Source: a virus
Taxonomy: Duplodnaviria; Caudoviricetes
Virus record (IMG/VR): IMGVR_UViG_3300035208_001913
Coordinates: 1 to 64,000 of that record
Length of the DNA: 64,000 nucleotides
Direction: 5' to 3' (one strand)
Numbering within the stretch: position 1 is the stretch's first letter; the number at the start of each line of letters is the position of its first letter. This document shows, in pieces, positions 25,201 to 30,818 of this stretch. The notes beneath the pieces are model-generated. The model saw only the letters and a list, made by a program, of their open reading frames with translations, had not been told where the DNA came from and made no database searches. Position numbers and translations under genes: made by a program.

Positions 25201-27206
25201 GTCATTAAAGACTCTGCCTGACTAAAATTATTTTCTACTGCTCTTTTAATTAATAATTGTACTTCATCAACAAACATATTAATATGAGCATCAGCAACTT
25301 CCTTACCATCTACTACTATACCCGGGCCAAAGATATTAGGATCTATTTTTTTTGCATCGAGCATTTCTTGTCGTAATGCTTCTATAGCTGGTTCATAATT
25401 TCCATCTTTTACTTGTGTCAATATATTTTGAACATATTGTTGTGCAAATAGTTTTTGCTCATTATTCTTTTTTGAACCATGTCCTTTCATTCCAAGATTT
25501 GAAAGCATACCTCCAAATGGTGCTGATAGTCCTGCCATTGCTGCTTCTTCCCAATTCCAAAATTCTGGTTGTAAAGGTTTTTCTCCTGCTCTCCATCTTA
25601 ATGCATTATCTACATCTTCCTTACTAGTTTTCCATATATTATAAGGTAATCTTTCTTTATTCCCTATTGGACTTTCTCTTTGATATTCTGTAGTTCCATC
25701 AGGAAGTAATACAGAATTAAACTTATGATTGCCATACATAGCAAGAGTAGCTTCCCCTTGTGATTCAGCAAGACTATTTAAAGCAATATCTATTGGATAA
25801 TCCATAAATCCTTCTGCTAATTCTTCAACACCTTCTTCAAGTCCCATGGCTACATATTTACCCCACTTATGTTCGCCCATTTTACGTAGGCTATTGTCAA
25901 GTGAATAGTAAAATGATTTTAGGATATTATCTCCTGCTTTTCTTTGTGCAAAAGGTAATGTACTTATTGCTCTTTTAGGTCCGGCTAATTGATTATAAGC
26001 TTTTGTCCATTGTGTATTAAACTTATCCATACCTATAGCATCCCTTAAATAAACGTTTGCCATAAATATTCTTTCAGAAGCATAAGTAGCTGCTGCCCAT
26101 GGTATAAACATTAAAGAAGTTATCTTTGGATCCACTCCTTGTTGAATTGCCATATTACGCATCATACCACCTGCTTGAAAACCACCTACAAACAAAGAAG
26201 ATTGCATAGCAAAATTAGCTGCTAAATTTTTAGATGAATCTAATCCTCTTTTCATAGAGTTTATCATACTCATTCTACCACCATAACTAGCTTGTGCAAA
26301 CTTAGATAAACTTGCTATCTGTCCTATACCATCACCAAAAGAATATAAGAATGAATTAAGATTATCAAAAGCACCTTCTTCTTCATTCTGATGTTTAGCC
26401 AATGTACCACTAAATAAATTGGTAACAGCATTATTGGCTTGATTAAAATACCATCCTTCGGGAGTTCTTTCTTGTCCTGATATAGAATAAGCAAAATCTT
26501 CCATTACTGCAAGTGGAGATAATAAACCTGTTGCCATTTTACTTACAGCACCATCTAATACTCCTTTTAATAATGAACCAAGTAATGATCCTTCCATACG
26601 CCTTGTACCAAAGAAACTCTGTACTGACTGTGTAGGTTGCATTACATTCAAAGGCATTACCTCTGTTATAAAAGATTGTCTATCTTCATCCCATACTGTT
26701 ACAGGTATTTCTCCATTTAATATACTTGACTGTGGTGCTCCGGAAAAATACTGTCCATCTTTTTTCCATATACCAGAACTCTTAGCAACTTCTTCTTGAT
26801 GAAATTTCTGTACTGGTCCTAATGCTACATCAAAATATTCTCCTGTTTGTGGTTTTGGTGATGTTATTGCCGGTACCTTTTTATTAGTTACATATTTTAA
26901 TGGAGTATTAGTAGTCTGAAAAGGAATATACATATTCTGCAAATAGTTCTCACTGGATTTATAGCCGTCATATAATTTGACAGCTTCTCCATAAGTCTTT
27001 TGCAATACATCATCTGTAATGTTAGGATTCTTACTTTTTACGAACTTAGAATAATCTTCAAACTTTTCTAATCCTATAGGGTCTTTACTATATTGCATGT
27101 CTCCTACAGTTGCACCATTAGCAATACTTGAAGCAAATGGTGTTATCTTATCTTTAGGAGGATCTTCCTGTGTAGGAACTACTTGTTGTGTATTATTATC
27201 TGCCAT
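7254..27206 (-). CDS. Giant virion-associated two-barrel RNA polymerase polyprotein (crAss-type) with SF1 helicase-like and two zincin domains
   Basis: 6650 aa. RNAP motifs in order: DFIKR, NGMGY, K..V/K.GS, SSVK, GLQ, TQL, G...VQ, RVPT, GSDYDND (14436-14450), VGHFAN, ATDNVK. Walker A GIGGAGKS (22941-22964), Walker B IIIFDEA. HEGMH (19197-19211) and HESGH (11307-11321). Confidence 0.9.
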   Translation of the reverse strand: MADNNTQQVVPTQEDPPKDKITPFASSIANGATVGDMQYSKDPIGLEKFEDYSKFVKSKNPNITDDVLQKTYGEAVKLYDGYKSSENYLQNMYIPFQTTNTPLKYVTNKKVPAITSPKPQTGEYFDVALGPVQKFHQEEVAKSSGIWKKDGQYFSGAPQSSILNGEIPVTVWDEDRQSFITEVMPLNVMQPTQSVQSFFGTRRMEGSLLGSLLKGVLDGAVSKMATGLLSPLAVMEDFAYSISGQERTPEGWYFNQANNAVTNLFSGTLAKHQNEEEGAFDNLNSFLYSFGDGIGQIASLSKFAQASYGGRMSMINSMKRGLDSSKNLAANFAMQSSLFVGGFQAGGMMRNMAIQQGVDPKITSLMFIPWAAATYASERIFMANVYLRDAIGMDKFNTQWTKAYNQLAGPKRAISTLPFAQRKAGDNILKSFYYSLDNSLRKMGEHKWGKYVAMGLEEGVEELAEGFMDYPIDIALNSLAESQGEATLAMYGNHKFNSVLLPDGTTEYQRESPIGNKERLPYNIWKTSKEDVDNALRWRAGEKPLQPEFWNWEEAAMAGLSAPFGGMLSNLGMKGHGSKKNNEQKLFAQQYVQNILTQVKDGNYEPAIEALRQEMLDAKKIDPNIFGPGIVVDGKEVADAHINMFVDEVQLLIKRAVENNFSQAESLMTSMVGTTLMEEAFGLVETKDTLKGIKDKLEKGEELTPEEIEVSTIKKEQSVEEQTGTIDKQIQALDAKIAKYVQPESATKKTSIMYSYRILDEKVFKIYAENRVKGQLEEDYRKKMPKGLSSEQKAKYLKGIDGYVNKHLADSTEIYIKNIIQKRTFRDLLDLVEIQSQLGSFSGAAYKQGYTSPSEHYVHTSNGHEAGIKYAVEKYNEVLDQQEQILDNQLDKNIDTQLAKHTASLKSITDKGTNLTSLQTNLTQINKSIQNVIKASQVISNEARVTELNDYIGKIRSEYKQFSEAVLNYYTEGENIGEDYDFYDFMPDENWGQKYEKSKRLTFENYNEDPTIGKQIRNDGIKALHFDRWATTQTGKNGQQEQVPVNIRQTLNDYYENIVEKGLPPTENIEKVINNLIQFRRILNENVKGYLNFTDFIDTLKGTKDEEHNPNRLLSNTNILFPEERTMLLDETNAIIEKISEIELSESLQAYNKEKSNWKADIKSTLIKAQLTLDYGTNIDELAEYLLSLKKLSFGNREIKNVDLTVDRSTEDWMLIGAYLFSSLDNKKHLIELSRLILKSLDSTTSKEKINNDLKGLYEELEANKDINKGKNSMPYNSLNEYMENGAINIKNSVDYYDNIGNYVMDPGALMNSKTNPREYFAHRFALLNQLYRLANASTPLKYSDIYRAVKDHLIEVRENKLPYSVEQIDVIMHGVIFAINPQDITVNNKNISQVMTEKNEDKRSLTENIFGITGIGGAGKSSIILDIFEIYRKISGLEKLNITIISPTVALNNEHKNRAIVFPNLNITTKTVHEAFIKEANNTSALDDIIIFDEATAVDQFILKEGKEINNIKKAGILQIAQEKRKAGKTELIYLLGDSSQVASISFNDNFIAEVSKDRSTALKNAHRVGNPYTIEFQESFTPLFKHGIPQTNNNAIIPDGHFQGNTIIGTNIREGVFMKNTLDEVINNFYDAVNTPGNDAVLIFQTEQQRESFLSDENNRARFTSFSERLKVLRLDETLEKNNMVSGLSANMVFFAYDPYAFLSNDKPKVENYAITDEKLSIGRAGYTASTRTKEAGFIMFYTANSKMMADRFTEVKIEESKYVPVNKDTLNEKVNTLVKDMSDILGDDISIPKPPPVRVKSNRTALLFKPEDTEKAQEIVNENHKTNKGNNYEPTEGAVRASTLVPTKVVSKSTDIILTQEIDTKLQQVIDAWVNQNASPLADIYGTNFWRHTLSATIDGQKYEGHPFLVKVIGQKEVDKKIIPIVDIYIRKVGIGAFKTLTQYDKELLTIYAALAQKQGYAVNNLSVVQFVKGELTEIGYYYPANNGIMTMTDTEISETYTTLKTNQNTKTLFDTINNVGDLIIDESDFYINKRIQTTNPNIALGIRYINTKDGADVVITEQNSTFFEQGEKRLPWIAFDDKEMTVEEFGKIYKRGGTGSQFKEFSEIWNNGNNNVMPLYGSHIPLVFENDTQIFTTKNSYIVRKQMIASEIKKLINEDIPVPVIVSYIAKTNLLDANGTLEKDIEHVLQVELDRITINNYVDVRATSFRTLKGLLELGDLSTLGITDSDVNILGYVPTVETDYEKREERSNGEVKKNAIKLSATDIGNYINDINPKEVTDKIEFKNALGEDDFQGQNIAFNIDKLKFIKSLANNPNKKISTTLKSVENGYAFYDYKNEAITLNSLLFQERLSQSGFKLVSDELKVQQKYLRSKKLEYYVKVERVNDPTTIVQIKVEPKIIETNKIIQFINNVTDKYIEEIEKQIKNELNKLKQEQKITKSDIYRETYKSIEQTEMYKFLAMNMNSLEKFIPKGSEARVFFQIVTNTKTNYNNLKIWGYDSKSLTTSMKKILGELNKSLDDIEAKSDVPILFENVYGTVGVIETENFTTKMKFITQPNYSVSKNENIDINNKDYVEPDFEDQGFYGDNDTLVVSTPNLIQNEVEVREQIQSVIGKRNSEFVDVFSNLIMKYGDNARLMGMLEDMRIKLYGINGMFQENVGRHEGMHFVLRHLLTSNELQKVLEEATIEMEAKNYKGSVHEFIADSFQNQKISNKPKSFFRKFVDAFKRFLNWVGLYNYGFNEFLKMAEVGYYSKRTAHSAIYDPDLMKVKNIYNSQAVNKKVEDAFPTSDIMQIAKYEVRRHVNMFLKSSKNVESRGFDLVTAISHAYKVLNDKAEKVRYEKFGPNDLQLRGETQMSYQDVRDLITNNIIGLNLNSKYASVAMMDKDIFNNIVQQVYEGLDVENNKIFGTPVIYGEDNESKNAYAGMNSDVENALTNIPMLVPALNKQKEEIENTYNLRGSVPFGDVNQIFQRIVEKISNHKNAYDITFSDILVVLEEMQRGSIKSTGNKATNSKMRRDIYLSILVEFGNRYVNSNTISSEKLMGKRFLVENMNENYLSNYSRNIKSKLVAWKNLENAIASVYRTGKSKTFYKANNETKVLQSQGTRTENDLKKKIQDSLQSKFFTHTGQITKEAIRISSMYDFTVNAKNRQEEAFIITQDGEKTTRVITESVADIRKMMQDLGVPFQDKIGFSDLYERKDYRDNLVTMLKSLKYNVLLIEELEKLDVDKRVAAIKEKTKFIMTSGNRDLIYLHKNITSGKEIKGAEEIRSGMVEGEENSNMLLNTMKPHNYYDFIAELGKDIFEYINISDSVVTLFAGRTFNNHNMTSPFDIAMGNMDTIDNKRNEVLTALEQGIETPLAEIKKDGTIKYNNALLKDNGLKAFIQEYGTLIGAEENNKENVTKDLTMSDFMTTIFETTFFGNLKQGKHDRMSVLLNPFSDKSRRELMKFSINEGQSEFSQLNKVINDSNFNTNKFIDITQTIVDYYSKFSAQRENALLTTLKSLGIKIDSKNYSNGVKIDSAQVKAIESSSLRRNTDYIINTLNGVSYLSAGNAIVLRNTLFNHKFINDWNTKNKGEVFNNLIQEQSKDLIKYMSDIDYTPSEYVKNYYKIDNTKEVVPFNEKHPLIQSFVASTLLFNESFSHIQRAPITNFKNIVDFIKRSAKDIAPMIPITPTKGGMNSTFNVMHIEDLGATLKSYNNEYNDELASNGMGYLNLISMRKMQISEGGEYGRIHFGAIKTVITVFDSVTARSYYIKHGSVTATENEIFNKRSKFWIDMNKFMLGENVWNRIVELYKEKKDLMSALDTVIAEIDEQGIVTIDLLAPSSSVKIEQSNKVFWNNTNGEVLTRDNAVLPLEQREELLNQKLVLPTSSLGLQSLTQKRADEKQKVLATQLTRIIKLFKNNASRADSIDRILTQNIELAATTFLDLTKKGKEKEFKAFLNQLAKEKVSKDNIQRRDLVAQSSVTPLDAATTKHIENIISYFNDAYKLTMTGFDGVQIPSYNNYYFDNTTGSVHTAAELDPTGNTLTDDSVGMDGYTRRKINTRHYEDTNNIWLTVDDLNQVKTKGLESLLNSGIKYVPEEVAIDFPFRNRFGMNTNTSLNEAMTIVTNAGSRNMYQAWNKRLSREELQSQFINIAIQNNIRTSDKLFTIIPNEGIRNYIISQYEKNKRQIVKGTEHTIPVLFNVALETVIDYYQTLNEALDVLVVRVPTTGSETASIGRIIHFNNGMENAVELAPEKNTHDGSDYDNDPIQMYFRTISNDGRIDRTSEKGDGLSNQLFDVFQGYYNDLENSGLILSKTNTEFTKAFLEDTGKDDAKEFPDTMSTPTSIMKAISITDSGKGIVGHFANMMVFLSELFSLNPTAMVNGLDESLQMYDKDGNYIERSQEVLLAVIQAVGEYLNLATDNVKESGALGRLNISEINTNLISGLLLMSKNDNPATIRENILNSLKDDVIIEAMRIVNNSHNMNSNKRITLKDAIGIAAKEIREDNTLELEDVRGTLGDMIKAKKEQIQGTEDKNEIKSLNKELRALESQYVNDDFIKEQVQSNMKIVMENVLKNYIGYKDAQKYKQDNDIKTLTESIVGLKAEYDALINTGQVNDEMAFTINEKIAELEKIQSKNYTSQTDYKAKLQGFINSTDIVKTIYESLKSLEGIGNLEIYRMYVYKNLENSINKAKKNKTEINEMVDGLTKFMGFGETADYKNHANNFKNFFRRLSSKLNIDESLGENIIKYQEASLLGEQLQRFGEFAKMLKGIDGRVESLQLLIRNIEEATGFNTIEDLVNYINKPFVSHTVGNQMANLSIKYYTNKSDDSKRDEIFKRSHINIANIVHNYSLYRSYVNSLYAQKLAIEKNFHEFANKELRNAIVDTTGIPYNDETFQRLNNAVSKVYDGNIIRALSESIDYDKLNLKIAENEIYRASTGTAIEIDKFVNSFPETHKLIMQNLGDKAGRFLRELSVTTTQQGYPQMQIYNSKFIEQDTKFILRESFARLPIDIQKLYSLYHLIVYGNSTSNGTYKEFIQVGNTETGFESLYKEENIKKYDVKIEKDLSENLMTEILLYNHQFKLTDYKTKSELKDDSNNKYTRIRQKKGRILGLAVTKDEKTNFYYPTMPLRNNPHGLNTDKNISKSMSKYIYFPLSKESLDILKDKGEVVIDSYNKNLSVIAKGNSERYTTVGDIVMTSAGTAKVISGIQSEYEAIENGAKVTKKANSMQSVTLKLQEDVSTKQLRSKTNKLFANNVIETFMSILQDTFPNIKFIADDTIEGIGEITNGIYYYNPNLVTLENQLHESGHIYTLLMKESNPLLYERVMEQANKMVDENHPIVQFIKSQAGYDGYQGDKLLHEVIATMIGLNTQDRVNAFIEKNLVGDQSFINRMFTGIKNIIGRITNFINGLLKGIGLVSNVNSSIDELGLDMVNLILNKKVKLEIDTERLQHLMLMSGYKEIHQLSNAKINNFKDLNASLSPQNIIPESLKITELKEINLTISALEQMEEPYYTLPNGDKVDFTRKPRTEWANIIAKIIKQRTEEEIKNSPFDITLKSLKAGGTITDFRANVPKNTQGDYLYDLEALNRLRRIMMRSTFAVPEYYSYKELKESEDKVLRDLYDETLDTNDIIVSVYKNKVDNKDKYNISLYQITNKRFFDEEIIKVHGVLDLFESPMSHASKGIELKSIYKDLSHIKLTLLANKIAESNRNIGIDDVNIIQLYPNSTPVVSWTERQHYTEQLHNMLKSTSFKEKLSPEMLKLFSSTAYRDSNYSYGDVLNAVYNEAYKNRKDNLEEKAVRFTIEGQVVENFDGLSNHDKITVCRQRLSKIYSEMDNKKISDRENHEILFLIKTIFALDNNGLPQERMNRMKDLQTINNMTATQYAVPHEVLSRITDATEQSHMSVVQQILNFNKNGFTDFVKYFRQDVKFEVVDSSYKAYDKLYVYENAKDMQGNNVKVWTGRVAWTTDEKLDPVGYKYAQELNKTTEGKEILKKGAWLVNQITNMYAKMIVHKKHQYGLPYTIEQAIKELGENKNIYNYNPGTIPWMYQTVTEKMGKFHIKDAINLTVEQTANAMESFENLMGIYDNKSGTDFLDEMPDAFFKQIYTGSTETLNKTKYGKRSDIKKHLGLGFDETTNDLILLDPKRQDLISKDLEVIMKMFVLSMERKMEYEENVLPVINGARSLLNRMNEIYEGDEIFDQKNSLEYLDSYVRSTILGKRFQIKSAKADKIITNVSNTTSAFVMFANLNVGILSLVHNGMTAFIEGIAGSVIQMIQQNKEGLYFNVGDLIAASGDVLKNYNLLSQLGMENQIFNSTDYEMATHQVHQVGKKHFIGSHMANYFNWAADYYARGVVMAAYMRNQGMRDSVSLNEKGELVYDITKDRRYYGKDGISQTPEQIARLALAKNEMLESGFINNIDDAITKPFFFKEIRVIKTIASNYVTGAYSRNEKNLMGTWLVGKLFNTFKTFFMTKFNNAVQQGTYSEGLGYVDYFKDEEGNTVAKWKRVYMEGYFRTMMNAGRDLFVKDQKVFSKEYWTQSPHKARNLARFMTTWLVWMASMLLWSLLTGDKDDDKPILRTRLVKNFFYASDSILVIPTLLRMIGKDSTFAAFSIMNRFIEGIFEMNFKKIRASLPLNSLVSTSQDIKTMVDYYGEEEKE

Positions 27207-27212
27207 TGTTAA

Positions 27213-29441
27213 TTATTCGTTTATTGATGGAGCTAAATTACTTTCTGTTGTTTTTGTTTCAGTTTTAGGATTTTCAAAACGTAGTTTTTCTGCCTGATAA
27301 TTCATATCTAAATTATAAGTAGCATCATCATATTGTGTAAGAGCAGGTAATTGTACATATGAAGAAACTTTTACATTTCCATTACCATCTAATTTAGCAT
27401 CTATTGTTTTAAATCCTCTTTTTTCTTTTAAATGTTTTATTGCTTGTTCATCGAGACCTTTTTCTTTTAAAACTTCTTCTACTTCTTTAAATGTCATTCC
27501 TTCTATTTTAAAGAAACCATCTATAACATTAGATTCTACGCCATCCCATTTTTTATTTTCGAGATTATTTATAGTTTTAGTAGGAATAAGAGTTACATTA
27601 GCTCCTTTTAAATCTTCATTAATATCTATGTTAGCACCATATACTTTTAAACTTCTATTACGCATACTTGCATTTACAAAGGTCATATTAACTGCATCAT
27701 TAGGAGGTATCTGTCCTGTTAGATAAGAAGTAAGAACATTATCTCCTTTAGTAAGGTTTTCAATACTATTAATCATCATTGCTTTATTCTGTTCTGTTGA
27801 GTAAGATTGTTTAGGATGAACCGCATTTTTAAGGTCTTTACTATTCCACTCATCTCTAAGCCATAATAATCCATCATTAATATCATCTAACCAATCTGCA
27901 TTATATGCTAACTTTCCAATCTTTACATCATTTACTAATGCTTTCATTGTTAAAGATTCTAATCTTTTATTATATTCCGGACTATCTTTTGTTATTCCTA
28001 ATATATTTAATCTACTATCTAAATCTTTAGTTAATTTTTCTTTTTTATTATTATATTCTAATGATAATCCTTTATCTTTTAATATAAAATCCATATAACT
28101 ACCATCTTCACCAGAAGTAAATGTTTTTATATTGGCATTAGTATTCCTTGTTCCATCAGCATTAAGTTGTGGTTCTAAATTAGCAAACCACCAATTAGAT
28201 TTTTGATTTTGTTTATTATATCCAAAAGCACCACTATCCTGTTGAACATTAGGAATATTCTTATATTCATAATTTAATTTAAATTTTGATAATACTCTTT
28301 CTTTTATAAATTCTTCCTGAGTTAGATCAGATACATATTTTGTTTCTTTAGTCTCTGGATCTATATATCCCATACCACCTTGAACAGCCTGAATATATTC
28401 ACTATTCCAATATGCTCTTTCATTAGTAGTAAGTCTTTGCACATAAGAATTTATTTTTCTTTCTGCTTCAGTTCTATTATCCTTACTTGTTATATCTGAA
28501 TAATAAAATCCTTTTCCACTTATTGCTTCTTCTGAATTAGGTACTCCTTTTCTTATTGTAGTACTTATTGGAGGTATTGAATCTACAAGTGCTGTATAAG
28601 CATTTTCAACATCTTTTTGTTGATTAGCAGTCATATAACCACCCTTATCAATAGGTTGTCCATAAGGTTTACCATACGGTCCTATCTGGTCTTGAATATT
28701 CATATTATCAAAAACAGATATAGGGTTTAATTCTAAATTTTTTAGATATAACTGTAAGTCATTATCATCTTCTTTATCTAATGGTAATTCTTTAGGAATA
28801 CTACTTTTTAAAAATTCTTTATCTTCTTTGGTAAACTTATAAGGTGTAGGACTATCATAACTCTGCATTACCTTTCTCTGTAGTTGTTTTATCTTTCCAT
28901 AATTACTTGACGACATCTGTGTTAACTTTTCCTCACTACCAAAAGCAGATATGCTAAACATATTAGAAAAAACATCACTATTCTTAGAAGCTATAAATTT
29001 TTGTGAATTAGGATCATCAAATATTTCACCGTATGTTTTTTTATTCTGTAATTCCTGTTGATGATAAGCTGTCTTACGTGCACTTGCTTCCAAGATATCT
29101 TTTCTTTCATTTTCTATTTCTAATTGATGCTTATTATAGAATGTAGATGGATTACCTCCTCCTTCTTTTTTATATTGTGCTAACCATTTAGAAGTAAACT
29201 GGTCATTCTTATCTTGTAAAGCATTATCAAAGAGAGTAGATTCATATTGAGCATTTGACATATACTCATATTTTTTTGCTGCTTCTTTTTGTTGCTTAGG
29301 TGTTTTTGCAGAAACACCACTTTTTGCACCCATCATACCTAATTGATACATTCTTGTATCATCTGGTAGTTGAATAGCAGAACCAAACTGTGTCATATTT
29401 AACAAAGCCTGTCCACTTCTAAGTCCGTCAAATAGTCCCAT
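27213..29441 (-). CDS. Probable internal virion cargo/ejection protein
   Basis: 742 aa, low-complexity helical; lies between the muzzle and RNAP genes as cargo genes do in crAss-like phages. Confidence 0.5.
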   Translation of the reverse strand: MGLFDGLRSGQALLNMTQFGSAIQLPDDTRMYQLGMMGAKSGVSAKTPKQQKEAAKKYEYMSNAQYESTLFDNALQDKNDQFTSKWLAQYKKEGGGNPSTFYNKHQLEIENERKDILEASARKTAYHQQELQNKKTYGEIFDDPNSQKFIASKNSDVFSNMFSISAFGSEEKLTQMSSSNYGKIKQLQRKVMQSYDSPTPYKFTKEDKEFLKSSIPKELPLDKEDDNDLQLYLKNLELNPISVFDNMNIQDQIGPYGKPYGQPIDKGGYMTANQQKDVENAYTALVDSIPPISTTIRKGVPNSEEAISGKGFYYSDITSKDNRTEAERKINSYVQRLTTNERAYWNSEYIQAVQGGMGYIDPETKETKYVSDLTQEEFIKERVLSKFKLNYEYKNIPNVQQDSGAFGYNKQNQKSNWWFANLEPQLNADGTRNTNANIKTFTSGEDGSYMDFILKDKGLSLEYNNKKEKLTKDLDSRLNILGITKDSPEYNKRLESLTMKALVNDVKIGKLAYNADWLDDINDGLLWLRDEWNSKDLKNAVHPKQSYSTEQNKAMMINSIENLTKGDNVLTSYLTGQIPPNDAVNMTFVNASMRNRSLKVYGANIDINEDLKGANVTLIPTKTINNLENKKWDGVESNVIDGFFKIEGMTFKEVEEVLKEKGLDEQAIKHLKEKRGFKTIDAKLDGNGNVKVSSYVQLPALTQYDDATYNLDMNYQAEKLRFENPKTETKTTESNLAPSINE

Positions 29442-29445
29442 ATTA

Positions 29446-30807
29446 TTAATTTGTTTCTTCTGTTTGTGTATTTAAAGCTATACTATTATTAGGAGATAAA
29501 ATTTGCATTAATAATAATACTTTTTGATTACTATCCATATCCTTTGTTACTTCATCAAACATCTTCATATCTATACCTTTTTGTGTTGCCTGTGTTTTAA
29601 GATTTGCTAATGTTGTAAATGAATTACTAATACCTGCTAATAGGGTTGCTCTCTCTGCTGATATCTTGTCATTTTCTGCAGTCTGTAATCCTATATTCTG
29701 TGCTTCTATCTGTGTTGCAGTTGCATTATTAGCCATTTGATTATTATAATCTAATTCTGCTTGCTTATTTTTTACTTCATTACTTGCTTTAGCTCCTTGT
29801 ATTCCTAAATCTTTAGAAGCATTATAATGTGCTGCTCCTATTCCTGCATATAAGTCAGGCATACCACCTGCAGATTTAATATTTCTTAATAGCATCGCAG
29901 TAGATTTATCCATTTGTGCATTAGTCTCTGCTCTTAGTGCTAATGAAGGGTCTGTTAGTTGTGGTGCTTCTGTAGGTCTGAATTTAACTTTCTCTGAAGG
30001 TTTACGATTAAAAGAATTATAAAGTCCATATAGTAATGCTGCTGTTTCTACTCCGGCTTTTATATTAGCCATAGTTTTAGAAGTCTTTAAATTCTTATCA
30101 TAATCTTCTCTCCAAGTACTATATGCATTATTAGCATCTACTTCATTTTTATTAACTGTAACTGTTGGTAGTTGCTCTGAATATAAATCATCTTTTATTT
30201 GTTTAGGAGGAGGAATAGAATACATTCTCTGTGGTTTACTAATAGTATTATCAGGACTTGTTTCACTTCCTATAATTTTCTGTTGTCCTAATGCAGTATA
30301 ATTAGGATTTAAATTATTAGATAATAATGTATTAGTAAAATTTGTTTCTTGTGTAATAGGTTGTGTTTTATAAGGGGGTTCATCATTACCTATTACTATA
30401 CCATCTTTAGCTTGTACTGTTTCTCCAAAATCTAAATCGGGACTTATAACACCACCATTATTAATAGTTTCATCTTGCTTATTACCACTGATATTCTTAT
30501 ATTGACTATAACCTGACATAGCAGTTGTTAATGCTCCTATATAGTCTCCCTCACCAGCACTATTAATAGTATTCTCATTACCTGTCAATAATTTAGATAA
30601 TCCCTCTTGTGATGAAAAGTCTCTCCAGTGTTTTTTTCCTTGTTTTGCTAAGGTATCATCTGTTTCAATACCTTGTTCTAATAAATCTGCTGTGCCATCG
30701 AACGCATATTTTATTGGACCTCCTATTAATCCTCCTATACCTCTTAATAATGAATAGCCTGTTTGTCTGTTTTGTACAGCTTTATCTGTTTGCGATACTT
30801 TACTCAT
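29446..30807 (-). CDS. Probable cargo/ejection protein with membrane-inserting segments
   Basis: Gly/Ala-rich hydrophobic stretches (LLRGIGGLIGG, AGVETAALLYGL), Gln/Asn/Ala coiled coil; synteny. Confidence 0.55.
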   Translation of the reverse strand: MSKVSQTDKAVQNRQTGYSLLRGIGGLIGGPIKYAFDGTADLLEQGIETDDTLAKQGKKHWRDFSSQEGLSKLLTGNENTINSAGEGDYIGALTTAMSGYSQYKNISGNKQDETINNGGVISPDLDFGETVQAKDGIVIGNDEPPYKTQPITQETNFTNTLLSNNLNPNYTALGQQKIIGSETSPDNTISKPQRMYSIPPPKQIKDDLYSEQLPTVTVNKNEVDANNAYSTWREDYDKNLKTSKTMANIKAGVETAALLYGLYNSFNRKPSEKVKFRPTEAPQLTDPSLALRAETNAQMDKSTAMLLRNIKSAGGMPDLYAGIGAAHYNASKDLGIQGAKASNEVKNKQAELDYNNQMANNATATQIEAQNIGLQTAENDKISAERATLLAGISNSFTTLANLKTQATQKGIDMKMFDEVTKDMDSNQKVLLLMQILSPNNSIALNTQTEETN

Positions 30808-30818
30808 GATATTTATTT

